The position numbers and the translations under genes are program-made. The notes under the pieces were generated by a model, which made no database searches, had not been told where the DNA came from, and saw only the letters and a list, made by a program, of their open reading frames with translations. From a virus, in the UHGV virus genome UHGV-0076060: a stretch of DNA of 39,918 nt. The stretch is one strand, 5' to 3'. Below are positions 1 through 8,251 of the stretch, piece by piece (the stretch's first letter is position 1; every line of letters begins with the position of its first letter).

Positions 1-219
1 ATATATCAAACAAAATAACCCTGATTAATGAATTATTACGTTTATCATGTTAACTCATCATTATTACATCATCATTGTAAATAATTAAATTAACTTCCAT
101 AACATTAAAATATGTATTCACTGACGCTTTTTTACATAACGAAGAATTGACCATTTTGTCCTGTTGTGCCTTAATGTAAGTACCGTCCACGGCGTGGGAC
201 ATACTTCAAGGAACCTTTT

Positions 220-411
220 GTGAGTCAGGCAACCAGTATGCGAAAACGACACCGATTTAACAGTCGCATGACCCGTATCGTACTGCTCATCAGCTTTATC
301 TTCTTCTTTGGCCGTTTTATCTACTCGTCCGTCGGTGCCTGGCAGCACCATCAGAGCAAAAAAGAAGCTCAGCAATCCACACTCTCCGTCGAATCACCGG
401 TACAACGTTAG
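220..411 (+). CDS. yfgG: small membrane protein (63 aa), YfgG-like host gene
   Basis: ORF with one hydrophobic helix (IVLLISFIFFFGRFIY) and enterobacterial-style codon third positions; name is from recollection of the E. coli yfgG-yfgH-yfgI neighbourhood, not a search. Alternative starts at 238 or 265. Confidence 0.4.
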   Translation: MSQATSMRKRHRFNSRMTRIVLLISFIFFFGRFIYSSVGAWQHHQSKKEAQQSTLSVESPVQR

Positions 412-712
412 CGGTTACCTTCTCCACTCTCACAGAACATAACGGCACCTCGCTGTCGGATGCTTTTGCTCTTTGAGATTATCAAAGCGGCAGATATTCT
501 TTCATCTTAAATTTTACGTCTTTGTTCTGACTGCAGTTCGGCTGCGAAATAAATACATCATTAATACATATGTTGTGATGATGTATTTTTATAAATTATT
601 CCCCACATGAATTTTAATAAATTTAATCTATTCCTTTATACGCAATACATTTACTTTCCTCTTTTGATGATCTTAAATGTCTTATTTTTCGTAATGTGTA
701 TAACAAGGAATA

Positions 713-1231
713 GTGATGAAATTTAAAAAATGTCTTCTGCCTGTGGCAATGTTAGCGTCATTCACTCTGGCAGGATGCCAGTCAAATGCTGATGATCATG
801 CCGCCGATGTTTATCAAACCGATCAACTGAATACCAAACAAGAAACTAAAACCGTTAATATTATTTCCATTCTTCCCGCAAAAGTTGCCGTAGACAACGC
901 CCAAAATAAACGGAACGCACAAGCCTTCGGCGCGCTTATTGGCGCTGTCGCTGGCGGTGTTATCGGCCACAACGTCGGGTCTGGCAGCAATTCCGGAACG
1001 ACGGCAGGTGCAGTTGGCGGCGGAGCTGTAGGCGCGGCAGCGGGTTCTATGGTGAATGATAAAACCTTAGTGGAAGGTGTTTCTTTAACATATAAGGAAG
1101 GCACCAAAGTGTATACCTCCACCCAGGTGGGTAAAGAGTGCCAGTTTACGACAGGTTTAGCCGTTGTTATTACCACGACGTATAACGAAACGCGTATTCA
1201 GCCAAATACCAAATGTCCTGAAAAGAGCTAA
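713..1231 (+). CDS. yfgH: glycine-zipper outer-membrane lipoprotein (172 aa), YfgH-like
   Basis: Signal peptide with lipobox (LAGC), Gly/Ala-rich glycine-zipper segment; host flank; name from recollection. Confidence 0.6.
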   Translation: MMKFKKCLLPVAMLASFTLAGCQSNADDHAADVYQTDQLNTKQETKTVNIISILPAKVAVDNAQNKRNAQAFGALIGAVAGGVIGHNVGSGSNSGTTAGAVGGGAVGAAAGSMVNDKTLVEGVSLTYKEGTKVYTSTQVGKECQFTTGLAVVITTTYNETRIQPNTKCPEKS

Positions 1232-1246
1232 TAATCAGGAGGAGTC

Positions 1247-1786
1247 ATGAAGAAAGTTTTTCTTTGCGCCATCTTAGCCTCCTTAAGCTATCCGGCTATC
1301 GCCTCATCATTGCAGGATCAACTCTCGGCTGTCGCAGAAGCGGAACAGCAAGGTAAAAATGAAGAGCAAAGGCAGCATGACGAATGGGTCGCGGAGCGCA
1401 ACAGGGAAATCCAGCAAGAGAAGCAACGTCGCGCAAACGCCCAGGCCGCGGCTAATAAAAGAGCGGCAACGGCAGCAGCGAATAAGAAAGCTCGTCAGGA
1501 TAAACTGGACGCCGAAGCCACTGCGGACAAAAAACGCGATCAAAGTTATGAAGATGAGCTACGTAGCTTAGAGATTCAGAAACAAAAACTGGCGCTGGCG
1601 AAAGAAGAAGCCCGCGTTAAGCGCGAAAACGAATTTATCGATCAGGAACTGAAGCACAAAGCTGCGCAAACCGATGTGGTGCAATCTGAAGCTGACGCAA
1701 ACAGAAATATGACTGAAGGCGGTCGCGATCTGATGAAAAGCGTGGGTAAAGCAGAAGAGAATAAATCAGATAGCTGGTTTAACTAA
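1247..1786 (+). CDS. yfgI: secreted coiled-coil protein (179 aa), YfgI-like
   Basis: N-terminal signal peptide, charged Ala/Lys/Glu/Gln-rich coiled-coil body; RBS AGGAGG upstream; followed by terminator. Confidence 0.55.
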   Translation: MKKVFLCAILASLSYPAIASSLQDQLSAVAEAEQQGKNEEQRQHDEWVAERNREIQQEKQRRANAQAAANKRAATAAANKKARQDKLDAEATADKKRDQSYEDELRSLEIQKQKLALAKEEARVKRENEFIDQELKHKAAQTDVVQSEADANRNMTEGGRDLMKSVGKAEENKSDSWFN

Positions 1787-1824
1787 ACGATGTTAGTAAC
1801 TTCAAACCTATAATTCTTTAGGAT

Positions 1825-1857
1825 AAAAAACCCTCTGTAGTAACAGAGGGTTTTGTT
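1825..1857. terminator. bidirectional rho-independent terminator between convergent yfgI and guaA 3' end
   Basis: Hairpin CCCTCTG-tagtaa-CAGAGGG flanked by an A-tract upstream and TTTTGTT downstream. Confidence 0.65.
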
Positions 1858-1878
1858 CATTCATAGTGCAGGGTCAAA

Positions 1879-1893
1879 TCATTCCCACTCAAT
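1879..1893 (-). other. guaA: guaA 3'-terminal remnant (IEWE-stop), candidate prophage attL core
   Basis: Minus strand reads ATT GAG TGG GAA TGA, the C-terminal codons of GMP synthase as I recall them; the reading frame is closed by a stop immediately upstream and phage lysis genes begin about 90 bp away. Confidence 0.5.
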
Positions 1894-1980
1894 TATTTAC
1901 GATACACATAAACAATTGACTGATAACAACTTTCTTCCACATGATTTTCACCGTACCGTTTTATATACCGTCACCGGAAA

Positions 1981-2478
1981 TCAGTGCCACGATTTTTGCT
2001 TCTTCAGTGAATCGTATTGCTGTTCGCAGGATTCTCCTGCAATCCGATACTTTTCAGCCTCAGCTGCTGTTGCGTTGTAAACTCGGTTGCTTTCTTCAAG
2101 CATGTCGGCGAGCACACCGATGACCTTGCTGGCTGGCGTGCCAGTGGGGAAAGATCCGGTATAGTGTTCGGCGAGTCGCTTGGTTTTGTCAAGCTCGGCG
2201 CGCAGGCTGTCAGCAGCGGCATTAGCATGCTCAGCATCAACACGCGCCACATCGATACGGGATTGTGCTTCACGTTCAATTTGTGTTTTCTCCTGATCAC
2301 GTTGTGACCTGGCCTTATCATCAGCCTGTTTCTGATCTTCCTGTGCCTGCGCATACCCGGCGTCGTACTGACGACTGCCGTGTGCATTCCAGGCTACAAC
2401 TCCTGATATGACCAGAACAGCAAGCATCGCCATGATAACCAACTGTTTCCAGTATGCTTTTGCGAATGCCCAGATCAT
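1981..2478 (-). CDS. Rz-like i-spanin (165 aa)
   Basis: N-terminal TM helix then charged coiled-coil periplasmic domain; last gene of lysis cassette; start overlaps endolysin stop. Confidence 0.7.
   Translation of the reverse strand: MIWAFAKAYWKQLVIMAMLAVLVISGVVAWNAHGSRQYDAGYAQAQEDQKQADDKARSQRDQEKTQIEREAQSRIDVARVDAEHANAAADSLRAELDKTKRLAEHYTGSFPTGTPASKVIGVLADMLEESNRVYNATAAEAEKYRIAGESCEQQYDSLKKQKSWH
2004..2252 (-). CDS. Rz1-like o-spanin lipoprotein embedded in Rz in the +1 frame
   Basis: Embedded ORF with signal peptide and lipobox (LLTAC) followed by Pro-rich short mature peptide; classic Rz/Rz1 embedded architecture. Confidence 0.6.
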   Translation of the reverse strand: MWRVLMLSMLMPLLTACAPSLTKPSDSPNTIPDLSPLARQPARSSVCSPTCLKKATEFTTQQQLRLKSIGLQENPANSNTIH

Positions 2479-3104
2479 ACCGCCAGCACCTTACTGGCAG
2501 TGATGTATCGCGCGCGCCGGTCATCAATGCCGTTCCGGCCACCATTGATAAGCAGAGTTACACGTGCAATATCTCCGGTATACTTCATGCAGCCTTTGCT
2601 GGAGAAGAACCAGGCCGCGCTACGAGCCGCGTATTCGTCCTGTGCCAGCAGTTCAGGATTCTCCAGCAGGTCAACTTTCAGACCGTTTCCGCAGTCACGA
2701 TAGTTATTCAAACCGGTAATCTGGATAAGCCCGCGCCCACGGTAATTCCAGCCATCGCCGGGAGCATTGTTACCCATGCGTTTGCTGTATACCAGATTTG
2801 CGATCGCGCGCTGGCGCTCAAGTGGCAATGGTGGTTCACCAGCGCGGCGCCCCAGTGCATTAGCCTGTCCCTGGGTGAGGCGTCCAGTCCGGACAAAGCT
2901 TGCCAGTCCGGTAACGCTGTAGTTGAAATTCTCCTGCAACCTAGTGAACCCCCCAGACTCATGCCCAACTTGAGCAATAAACATTGCCTGATCTTCTGCT
3001 TTGCTGATACCAAACTCTTTCATCGCAGAAGTTATATGCGAGAACCAGCGAGCGGCCAGCGCCTCGCTAATACCAGCAGCTCGCTGGAATTGTTTAATCT
3101 CCAT
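2475..3104 (-). CDS. endolysin, glycoside hydrolase family 19-like (chitinase class I-like lysozyme)
   Basis: 209 aa with motifs [12 protein letters not shown] and [12 protein letters not shown] typical of GH19-type phage endolysins; sits between holins and Rz. Confidence 0.8.
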   Translation of the reverse strand: MEIKQFQRAAGISEALAARWFSHITSAMKEFGISKAEDQAMFIAQVGHESGGFTRLQENFNYSVTGLASFVRTGRLTQGQANALGRRAGEPPLPLERQRAIANLVYSKRMGNNAPGDGWNYRGRGLIQITGLNNYRDCGNGLKVDLLENPELLAQDEYAARSAAWFFSSKGCMKYTGDIARVTLLINGGRNGIDDRRARYITASKVLAV

Positions 3105-3402
3105 GTTTAGACCTCGTTATTTTGAAAATCTGAACGACGTTACCGCGCGTTTTAATAACCGCAGCAAGCATGACAGCGTTGATAATGACCTCAGATAAAT
3201 CCACAGCCATTGGCGTGCGTAACCAGATTGCATAGACGACACGAACTGGAATACTGGCTGCAGCAACAATCAGGAAATAAGCAAGCCATCCCCCCCATCT
3301 TCGGTGTTGTGAACCGTTACGCCGGAAAGTGACAACGCGAATTGCTATGCCAGTACAAATAACTGCATTGGTGATAAGCAAAAAAAACTCATGCGTTACC
3401 AT
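3094..3402 (-). CDS. holin/antiholin-like small membrane protein (102 aa)
   Basis: Three predicted TM helices, immediately upstream of endolysin with overlapping boundaries. Confidence 0.55.
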   Translation of the reverse strand: MVTHEFFLLITNAVICTGIAIRVVTFRRNGSQHRRWGGWLAYFLIVAAASIPVRVVYAIWLRTPMAVDLSEVIINAVMLAAVIKTRGNVVQIFKITRSKHGD

Positions 3403-3805
3403 CGTCTTTTCTCCCCGGAATTAACTCGCGTGGATTATCGGAACGGTGATAGAGCCAGATGCCAATTCGTACTGCGACGATTGCTGACACAAATGCGCCA
3501 GCAGAGAAAACAATCCCTTTCTCGAAAGAGTCCTGCGTGATGGTAGGTATCAGGCTGGCTATGCCGATAAGAATTGATGCTGCTGGTTTGTAGAAAAGAA
3601 GTCCGCAGAGAAAACTAAGCATCGACAAGAGTACGCGACGACGAATTGGGTACTCTACCGCAGAGGTAACAAAAATTACCGCGCCAGCCAAAGCTCCCAA
3701 AGCAACCTCAGGAGGCACTCCTGCTATCACCGCCGCCAGAGAACTCATGCTAAGCCACTGATTTAATGTTTCACTGGTTAGTTGAGCTGACATATTTTCC
3801 ACCAT
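3389..3805 (-). CDS. holin-like multi-TM protein (138 aa)
   Basis: Several hydrophobic helices, charged C-terminus, first gene of lysis cassette; start may be the internal Met (MSAQLT). Confidence 0.55.
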   Translation of the reverse strand: MVENMSAQLTSETLNQWLSMSSLAAVIAGVPPEVALGALAGAVIFVTSAVEYPIRRRVLLSMLSFLCGLLFYKPAASILIGIASLIPTITQDSFEKGIVFSAGAFVSAIVAVRIGIWLYHRSDNPRELIPGRKDDGNA

Positions 3806-4014
3806 TTATATGCATAACGACCCCCTAAATAGTAAAGCATCATGCATGATAAACCATTTATGGTTTTTTGTTACCCTGGCATCGTAAATCCCCTGCCTTT
3901 GATGTCGATAATAAGGCTCGCCTTTTACATAACTCTGAAGAGATTGCAGTACAGAAATTATTTAAAATATAGAGGCTTAGTTGAATTCCGCGCCATCAAA
4001 TGGCGCGGTAGCAG

Positions 4015-4299
4015 TCAAATATAGAAATAAACACCAAAACAAACAGTAACAGGAACAACAAAGTCAAACAGGCTTCCAACATCCCATACGCGCGGATCAA
4101 AACCTCCCCACCACGGCATATTCATACGCTTGCCATGCCCGAACATTTCAATCCAGCGATATTCTGCCTGGGTGTGTTCACGCGCAATGAAGAACGTACA
4201 ACCAGCTATCGCTCCGTAAGCCCAGTTTCCGGTAAAAAGGCCAATCAGTACCTGCGCAGCCACAGCACAAAACGCATGAAGGAAAGGTGTTATATCCAT
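4015..4299 (-). CDS. small polytopic membrane protein (94 aa) immediately downstream of tailspike
   Basis: ORF from ATG at 4299 with strong RBS AAGGAG; 2-3 hydrophobic helices; function unknown. Confidence 0.5.
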   Translation of the reverse strand: MDITPFLHAFCAVAAQVLIGLFTGNWAYGAIAGCTFFIAREHTQAEYRWIEMFGHGKRMNMPWWGGFDPRVWDVGSLFDFVVPVTVCFGVYFYI

Positions 4300-4333
4300 T
4301 ATCGCTCCTTTAACATAAGGATAAATAAACACT

Positions 4334-6649
4334 TCATAAAATAGATTTCGTCTTTGTAACAATAATATCTACAAAATCACCTGCAGATATAGCTGATGGT
4401 ACTGTATCTGCAAGAGTAATCTTTTCTGAAGAGATGTTTTGCACATCTAATAATTTATTTTCAACCCCATCCGTATATACCAATTTGACATCACTGAATG
4501 GAGGGTAATAAGTGACTGTTCCTTGGTATACATATATTTCACTGCCTGAAATTGATTTCACTACATACCTGCCCCTTACAAGATTAATTTTGAGTTCAGA
4601 TAAATCGGTTTTATAACAGGTAATTCCTGAACCAATGTTAGCCATACTAATATCAGTATCACTATAATAAGTAATTGCTTTTCCTTGTTTTAAGGTGAAG
4701 TTATCTTTGCTTTTCCTTGGCAAGGATGTGCTATTTTTGTAATATCTACCAGTTAAGCATAGCCATGAAAATGCAGTATTCGCTACATTACCACCAGAAT
4801 ACACAGCTAAACGAATTGCACTAACTGGAACCCCTTCATTATTAATCCTGATCTTAATGGAAGAAATGTTAGCAACAGTAGCATATCTATGGTTAGATGA
4901 ATCCCATTGCATAGAAGAAGTTATTGCTTCTGTTTGTGAAGTTATGACATTCCCATCTCCATCTAATGCATACAGGTAAATGCGAAACGATGCCGTATCT
5001 GCTGAGAATGTAAACATATCACCATTTCTTACTGGTACATCTCCAGATTCCCATAACAACCCAAAATTCCGCATAAAAGCAAACTTAGAAGAAACTAGGT
5101 GACGGATATTATATAAACCATCTACATCTGTTTGATATGCTAATACACCAACTTCTCCATTGTTGGCACTGGATATAAATGGGGTGTTAGCATTTAAAGA
5201 AAACAATGTTACTTCATCGGATATATTTTCCTGAACATGAAATACTGCATTCCCCTTGCCATTATCAGTTACCTCTACATAAGTGTAAGGTGATGGATTG
5301 TATGGTTCATTTGTATAGTAAGGAGAACTTAACCATGAAGCCTCAATTGAGTTATTCCACGTATATTCACCAAAGTTAATTATCAACTGTTGGTTAGTTG
5401 GGGATGATGGATATCGTTCAAAACGAAACCCGTAGAAGTAATTGTTATCACCTCTTTGAATATCAATTTTACCTGCCCCCTCCATAGTTCCACCATAAAA
5501 CTTATTGTGGTTATGATGATATGGATTATCAGCGAAAATGATATTATTCGTACGATTCAGATAAAAATAGTTTTCATTTATCCATCCGTTCTCAACTCCA
5601 AGAAAATGAATTGTATCGACCTTTTTCAGGTTAAAGGTTGAGTATGCTATTGAATAATCCGTCGATGCCACCGAAGCATTATAATTTGCATATAACTGTA
5701 AGTAGTCGCAACGCTCAATGTTTATATGCTGCCCTTTTGCCCCGATAATACGAATATCCGGTGTCGTTTCAGATGAAATACCAGAATTTCTGATAATCGT
5801 TCCGAAGTTTTGTCTTGGGTTGTTAGGGTTTGATGCATTCCCGCCAAGCAATACCCCTATTCCTGAGTGGGATATGGTAAAAACAGCATTGGTCATTTCG
5901 AGGCTGACATTACGAAGATTTAATGTCTCCGTAATAATAAAATTACCTTCCGCTCGTAATGTTCTGGATGATTCTCGTGCATATTCTGCAGCCAGGATCA
6001 ATGCAGATGTATCATCTGTTATACCATCGCCTTTTGCCCCAAAATCGCGAACACTAACGGTGTCTCTCATCTTATCCTGGAACGTTCGGTATACTGCTCC
6101 AGAACCATACTGAATAAACCAACCAAAACCACCAACAACCCCGGCGATTGCAGCATCGACATAATTACGCATTGAGCGATTATTTACAGCGTCCTGCTCA
6201 AGTGATGGATCTGCAAGGTTAGAAATTTTGTTTTGCTTTGCATCGTAATATTTTGCAAGCAAAGATGGTTTCATCAATGCACGTCTGAACCACCCAAAAC
6301 ATTGCTGGATCAGCATCGTCAGGTAGTCAAAAGCATCTTCATGCACTTCGGGGAAAAATTTTCCCTGATTGCGAAGATCTGTCTCCTGCACTACATCAAG
6401 CACACGATCTATCGTAATTCGCCAGCCAGCAGCAAGCGGAGACGGCAGAACCACTGAACCGCCACTATAAGTGCCCGCCCCAGTTACCGTATAACCGGTA
6501 TCCAGAACCAATTCTGTTACGTTCCCGTTCAGGTCAGACACCTGAACAACCAGGTCTGATTTTCTGAAAATTCGAAAAGTATACGGAAACGATGTCGTAA
6601 CGCCGTTACCTGTGTATTCGTTGTGGTCAACTTCGGTTGAGACCGTCAT
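4334..6649 (-). CDS. tailspike/tail fiber with T7-type N-terminal adaptor domain and beta-helix depolymerase-like body (771 aa)
   Basis: N-terminus (YTGNGVTTSFPYTF...DLVVQV) matches the phage T7 tail-fiber N-terminal pattern; DFGAKGDGITDDT resembles pectate-lyase/beta-helix motifs; C-terminal coding part (4334-5700) is markedly AT-rich. Confidence 0.8.
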   Translation of the reverse strand: MTVSTEVDHNEYTGNGVTTSFPYTFRIFRKSDLVVQVSDLNGNVTELVLDTGYTVTGAGTYSGGSVVLPSPLAAGWRITIDRVLDVVQETDLRNQGKFFPEVHEDAFDYLTMLIQQCFGWFRRALMKPSLLAKYYDAKQNKISNLADPSLEQDAVNNRSMRNYVDAAIAGVVGGFGWFIQYGSGAVYRTFQDKMRDTVSVRDFGAKGDGITDDTSALILAAEYARESSRTLRAEGNFIITETLNLRNVSLEMTNAVFTISHSGIGVLLGGNASNPNNPRQNFGTIIRNSGISSETTPDIRIIGAKGQHINIERCDYLQLYANYNASVASTDYSIAYSTFNLKKVDTIHFLGVENGWINENYFYLNRTNNIIFADNPYHHNHNKFYGGTMEGAGKIDIQRGDNNYFYGFRFERYPSSPTNQQLIINFGEYTWNNSIEASWLSSPYYTNEPYNPSPYTYVEVTDNGKGNAVFHVQENISDEVTLFSLNANTPFISSANNGEVGVLAYQTDVDGLYNIRHLVSSKFAFMRNFGLLWESGDVPVRNGDMFTFSADTASFRIYLYALDGDGNVITSQTEAITSSMQWDSSNHRYATVANISSIKIRINNEGVPVSAIRLAVYSGGNVANTAFSWLCLTGRYYKNSTSLPRKSKDNFTLKQGKAITYYSDTDISMANIGSGITCYKTDLSELKINLVRGRYVVKSISGSEIYVYQGTVTYYPPFSDVKLVYTDGVENKLLDVQNISSEKITLADTVPSAISAGDFVDIIVTKTKSIL

Positions 6650-6753
6650 GTTAAATCTCCAGATAGTCGCAGCACCCGTTGCGCCGCATATCTGGTTATT
6701 CTATTACCCAAAAAACCATATATGGATAGAAAGGCTGTGAATATGAATAGATA

Positions 6754-6768
6754 TTACCTTTCAGGTAA
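6754..6768. promoter_or_regulatory. ATTACC-N5-GGTAA operator-like palindrome (copy 1)
   Basis: TTACCtttcaGGTAA; 16 bp identical to the copy at 26545; about 105 bp upstream of the tailspike start. Confidence 0.5.
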
Positions 6769-6805
6769 TTTGCAAAACGTGCTGGATAGCAAACAAATTA
6801 TTTGC

Positions 6806-6825
6806 TACTGTATAAATATACAGTT
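6806..6825 (+). promoter_or_regulatory. LexA (SOS) box overlapping promoter of downstream small gene
   Basis: TACTGTATAAATATACAGTT fits the CTGT-N8-ACAG consensus with AT-rich spacer; overlaps a TATAAAT -10-like element 20-40 bp upstream of the ORF. Confidence 0.7.
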
Positions 6826-6845
6826 ATTGCATGGAGAAGATTAAG

Positions 6846-7103
6846 ATGCAGCAGTATCACTATCCACTGGAAGACGGATTTACCGAAAGGATTCACACGC
6901 CGGGAGGCGTCAGGTCACTGGTGGAGGGATCGCACTTGATGAAATTACTCCGGGATCTCGATAAGGATGGATTTAATGTCGATGGCCCACTTGCTGAACT
7001 GACTGCACTGATTAACTACGTCACCAGCTCACAGATGTCTATGCGGGATCTGCAAACACATCTCGACTATTGTGCCGAACAATTACGAAAACAAACCACA
7101 TAA
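6846..7103 (+). CDS. small SOS-controlled protein (85 aa), putative antirepressor
   Basis: RBS GGAGAAG before ATG at 6846; about 44% identity over ~45 aa to the C-terminal domain of the Bro-N protein at 8252..8947; preceded by LexA box. Confidence 0.6.
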   Translation: MQQYHYPLEDGFTERIHTPGGVRSLVEGSHLMKLLRDLDKDGFNVDGPLAELTALINYVTSSQMSMRDLQTHLDYCAEQLRKQTT

Positions 7104-7126
7104 AAAAAAAGGCCGCAAGAGCGGCC
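7102..7126. terminator. bidirectional terminator between convergent genes
   Basis: Hairpin GGCCGC-aaga-GCGGCC with A9 tract on one side and T-rich run on the other. Confidence 0.65.
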
Positions 7127-7854
7127 TATCGTTTCGCTTTGTGCTCGTCCCAGCACGTTTTGCACCATGCCATTAAGCCGTCCGCATTTTGATTATTAGA
7201 GTAAAAGCTGGTGCGTTTTCTGCGGACATTACAAATTGGGCACCACTTCATATGGCGTGTATTCTTTGGGCCATCGAGACACCTTGCACACCACTTAGTC
7301 AATCCATCTGGATTTTTTGACGATTTCCTGAATTTTTCATATGGAAGGTTTATTCTGCATCGCAAACACTGCTTACTACCACTTGAAACTCTGTTAGCTG
7401 ATTCTTCTTGTGATGGCGATACAGAAGGTATTCTTGCTGGCTCAGATACTACCTGAGGAGCTTTTTTAGGTAACTGAGACGATATGTCATCACCTGGGAA
7501 TCTGTCATGATATGCCGGACGCGTTGACACTCCAGGTGGAAGCTCTGCTGTAAATGGCTTTGGCTGAATCAGCGCCCTCTCTTTTGCTGACTCCTGTTGT
7601 TTATAATATGTCTGGATTACCGATATATCATAAGCAGGATGTACTGAAATATCCGGCGCATTACCTCCAGTTTTTTGAAACTGAGTGGAGGTGTGGTCTA
7701 TCACCTGTGTACGATTAATCGTTATTTCTCCATCTTCGGTCTTTATCGTTTTGCGATGATTAACGACTGTGCGATCAGAGACCTTAGTCCTGTTCTGGTT
7801 GATAACGTAAATAATCACCGTAACAACACCAACAACTATCCAGAAAACTTCCAT
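7126..7854 (-). CDS. membrane-anchored protein with tandem C-terminal CxxC...CxxC zinc-ribbon repeats (242 aa)
   Basis: N-terminal TM helix (VFWIVVGVVTVIIYVI), Pro/Ser-rich linker, two repeats of C-x2-C-x(17-19)-DGL-x3-WC-x2-C. Confidence 0.6.
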   Translation of the reverse strand: MEVFWIVVGVVTVIIYVINQNRTKVSDRTVVNHRKTIKTEDGEITINRTQVIDHTSTQFQKTGGNAPDISVHPAYDISVIQTYYKQQESAKERALIQPKPFTAELPPGVSTRPAYHDRFPGDDISSQLPKKAPQVVSEPARIPSVSPSQEESANRVSSGSKQCLRCRINLPYEKFRKSSKNPDGLTKWCARCLDGPKNTRHMKWCPICNVRRKRTSFYSNNQNADGLMAWCKTCWDEHKAKR

Positions 7855-7874
7855 TGCTTTTCCTCACAATAACA

Positions 7875-7889
7875 TTACCTTAAAGGTAA
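7875..7889. promoter_or_regulatory. ATTACC-N5-GGTAAT operator-like palindrome (copy 2)
   Basis: TTACCttaaaGGTAA about 20 bp upstream of the 7854 start codon. Confidence 0.5.
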
Positions 7890-7967
7890 TATCTTGCTTT
7901 CAGGTGATCAAGCGTTAAACGCAATCAACCAAATACGGTTGATTTTAATATTTCTCCGCGTTTATCA

Positions 7968-7982
7968 TTACCTTTTCGGTAA
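7968..7982. promoter_or_regulatory. ATTACC-N5-GGTAA operator-like palindrome (copy 3)
   Basis: TTACCttttcGGTAA, adjacent to a TTTACA -35-like hexamer. Confidence 0.45.
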
Positions 7983-8019
7983 ATTTACATCGCACTCATC
8001 TTGTGCCATAGTAATCGGG

Positions 8020-8096
8020 CACTGGCAAAATCCAGTGCCGGGATTGGCGTCCCGGATTACTAAAAGGCGCATTCACCGCGCAAGCGGTTTTTTTAT
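8020..8096 (+). ncRNA. candidate small RNA (about 75 nt) ending in an intrinsic terminator
   Basis: No plausible ORF; possible promoter (TTTACA...TAGTAAT) upstream; two internal hairpins (GGCACTGG/CCAGTGCC and CCGGGA/TCCCGG) and terminal hairpin ACCGC-gcaa-GCGGT plus T7 tract at 8075-8096. Confidence 0.3.
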
Positions 8097-8251
8097 GCGT
8101 ATAGCACGGCCACATTCGTATTATGGTGGGCTGTGTGGGGGCACCGAAAGGTGCGCCGGGTCCTTTTAGCCGGTTACGCCAACCCTGCACAGTTCACCAC
8201 CAACCGATTGGCGTCGGTAGTGGTGATTGACCAGACTAAAAGGTAACCACT

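Noticed and set aside
118-375. Minus-strand 85-aa ORF overlapping the yfgG-like gene
   Set aside because: It overlaps a plus-strand ORF that has a clear TM helix and host-like codon usage, and its own composition is odd with no RBS; treated as a shadow ORF.
3842-4024. Plus-strand 60-aa ORF between holin and downstream membrane protein
   Set aside because: Lies in an AT-rich intergenic region with no RBS, on the opposite strand to the lysis operon; the GC hairpin at 3986-4008 has no adjacent T-tract, so it was not called as a terminator either.
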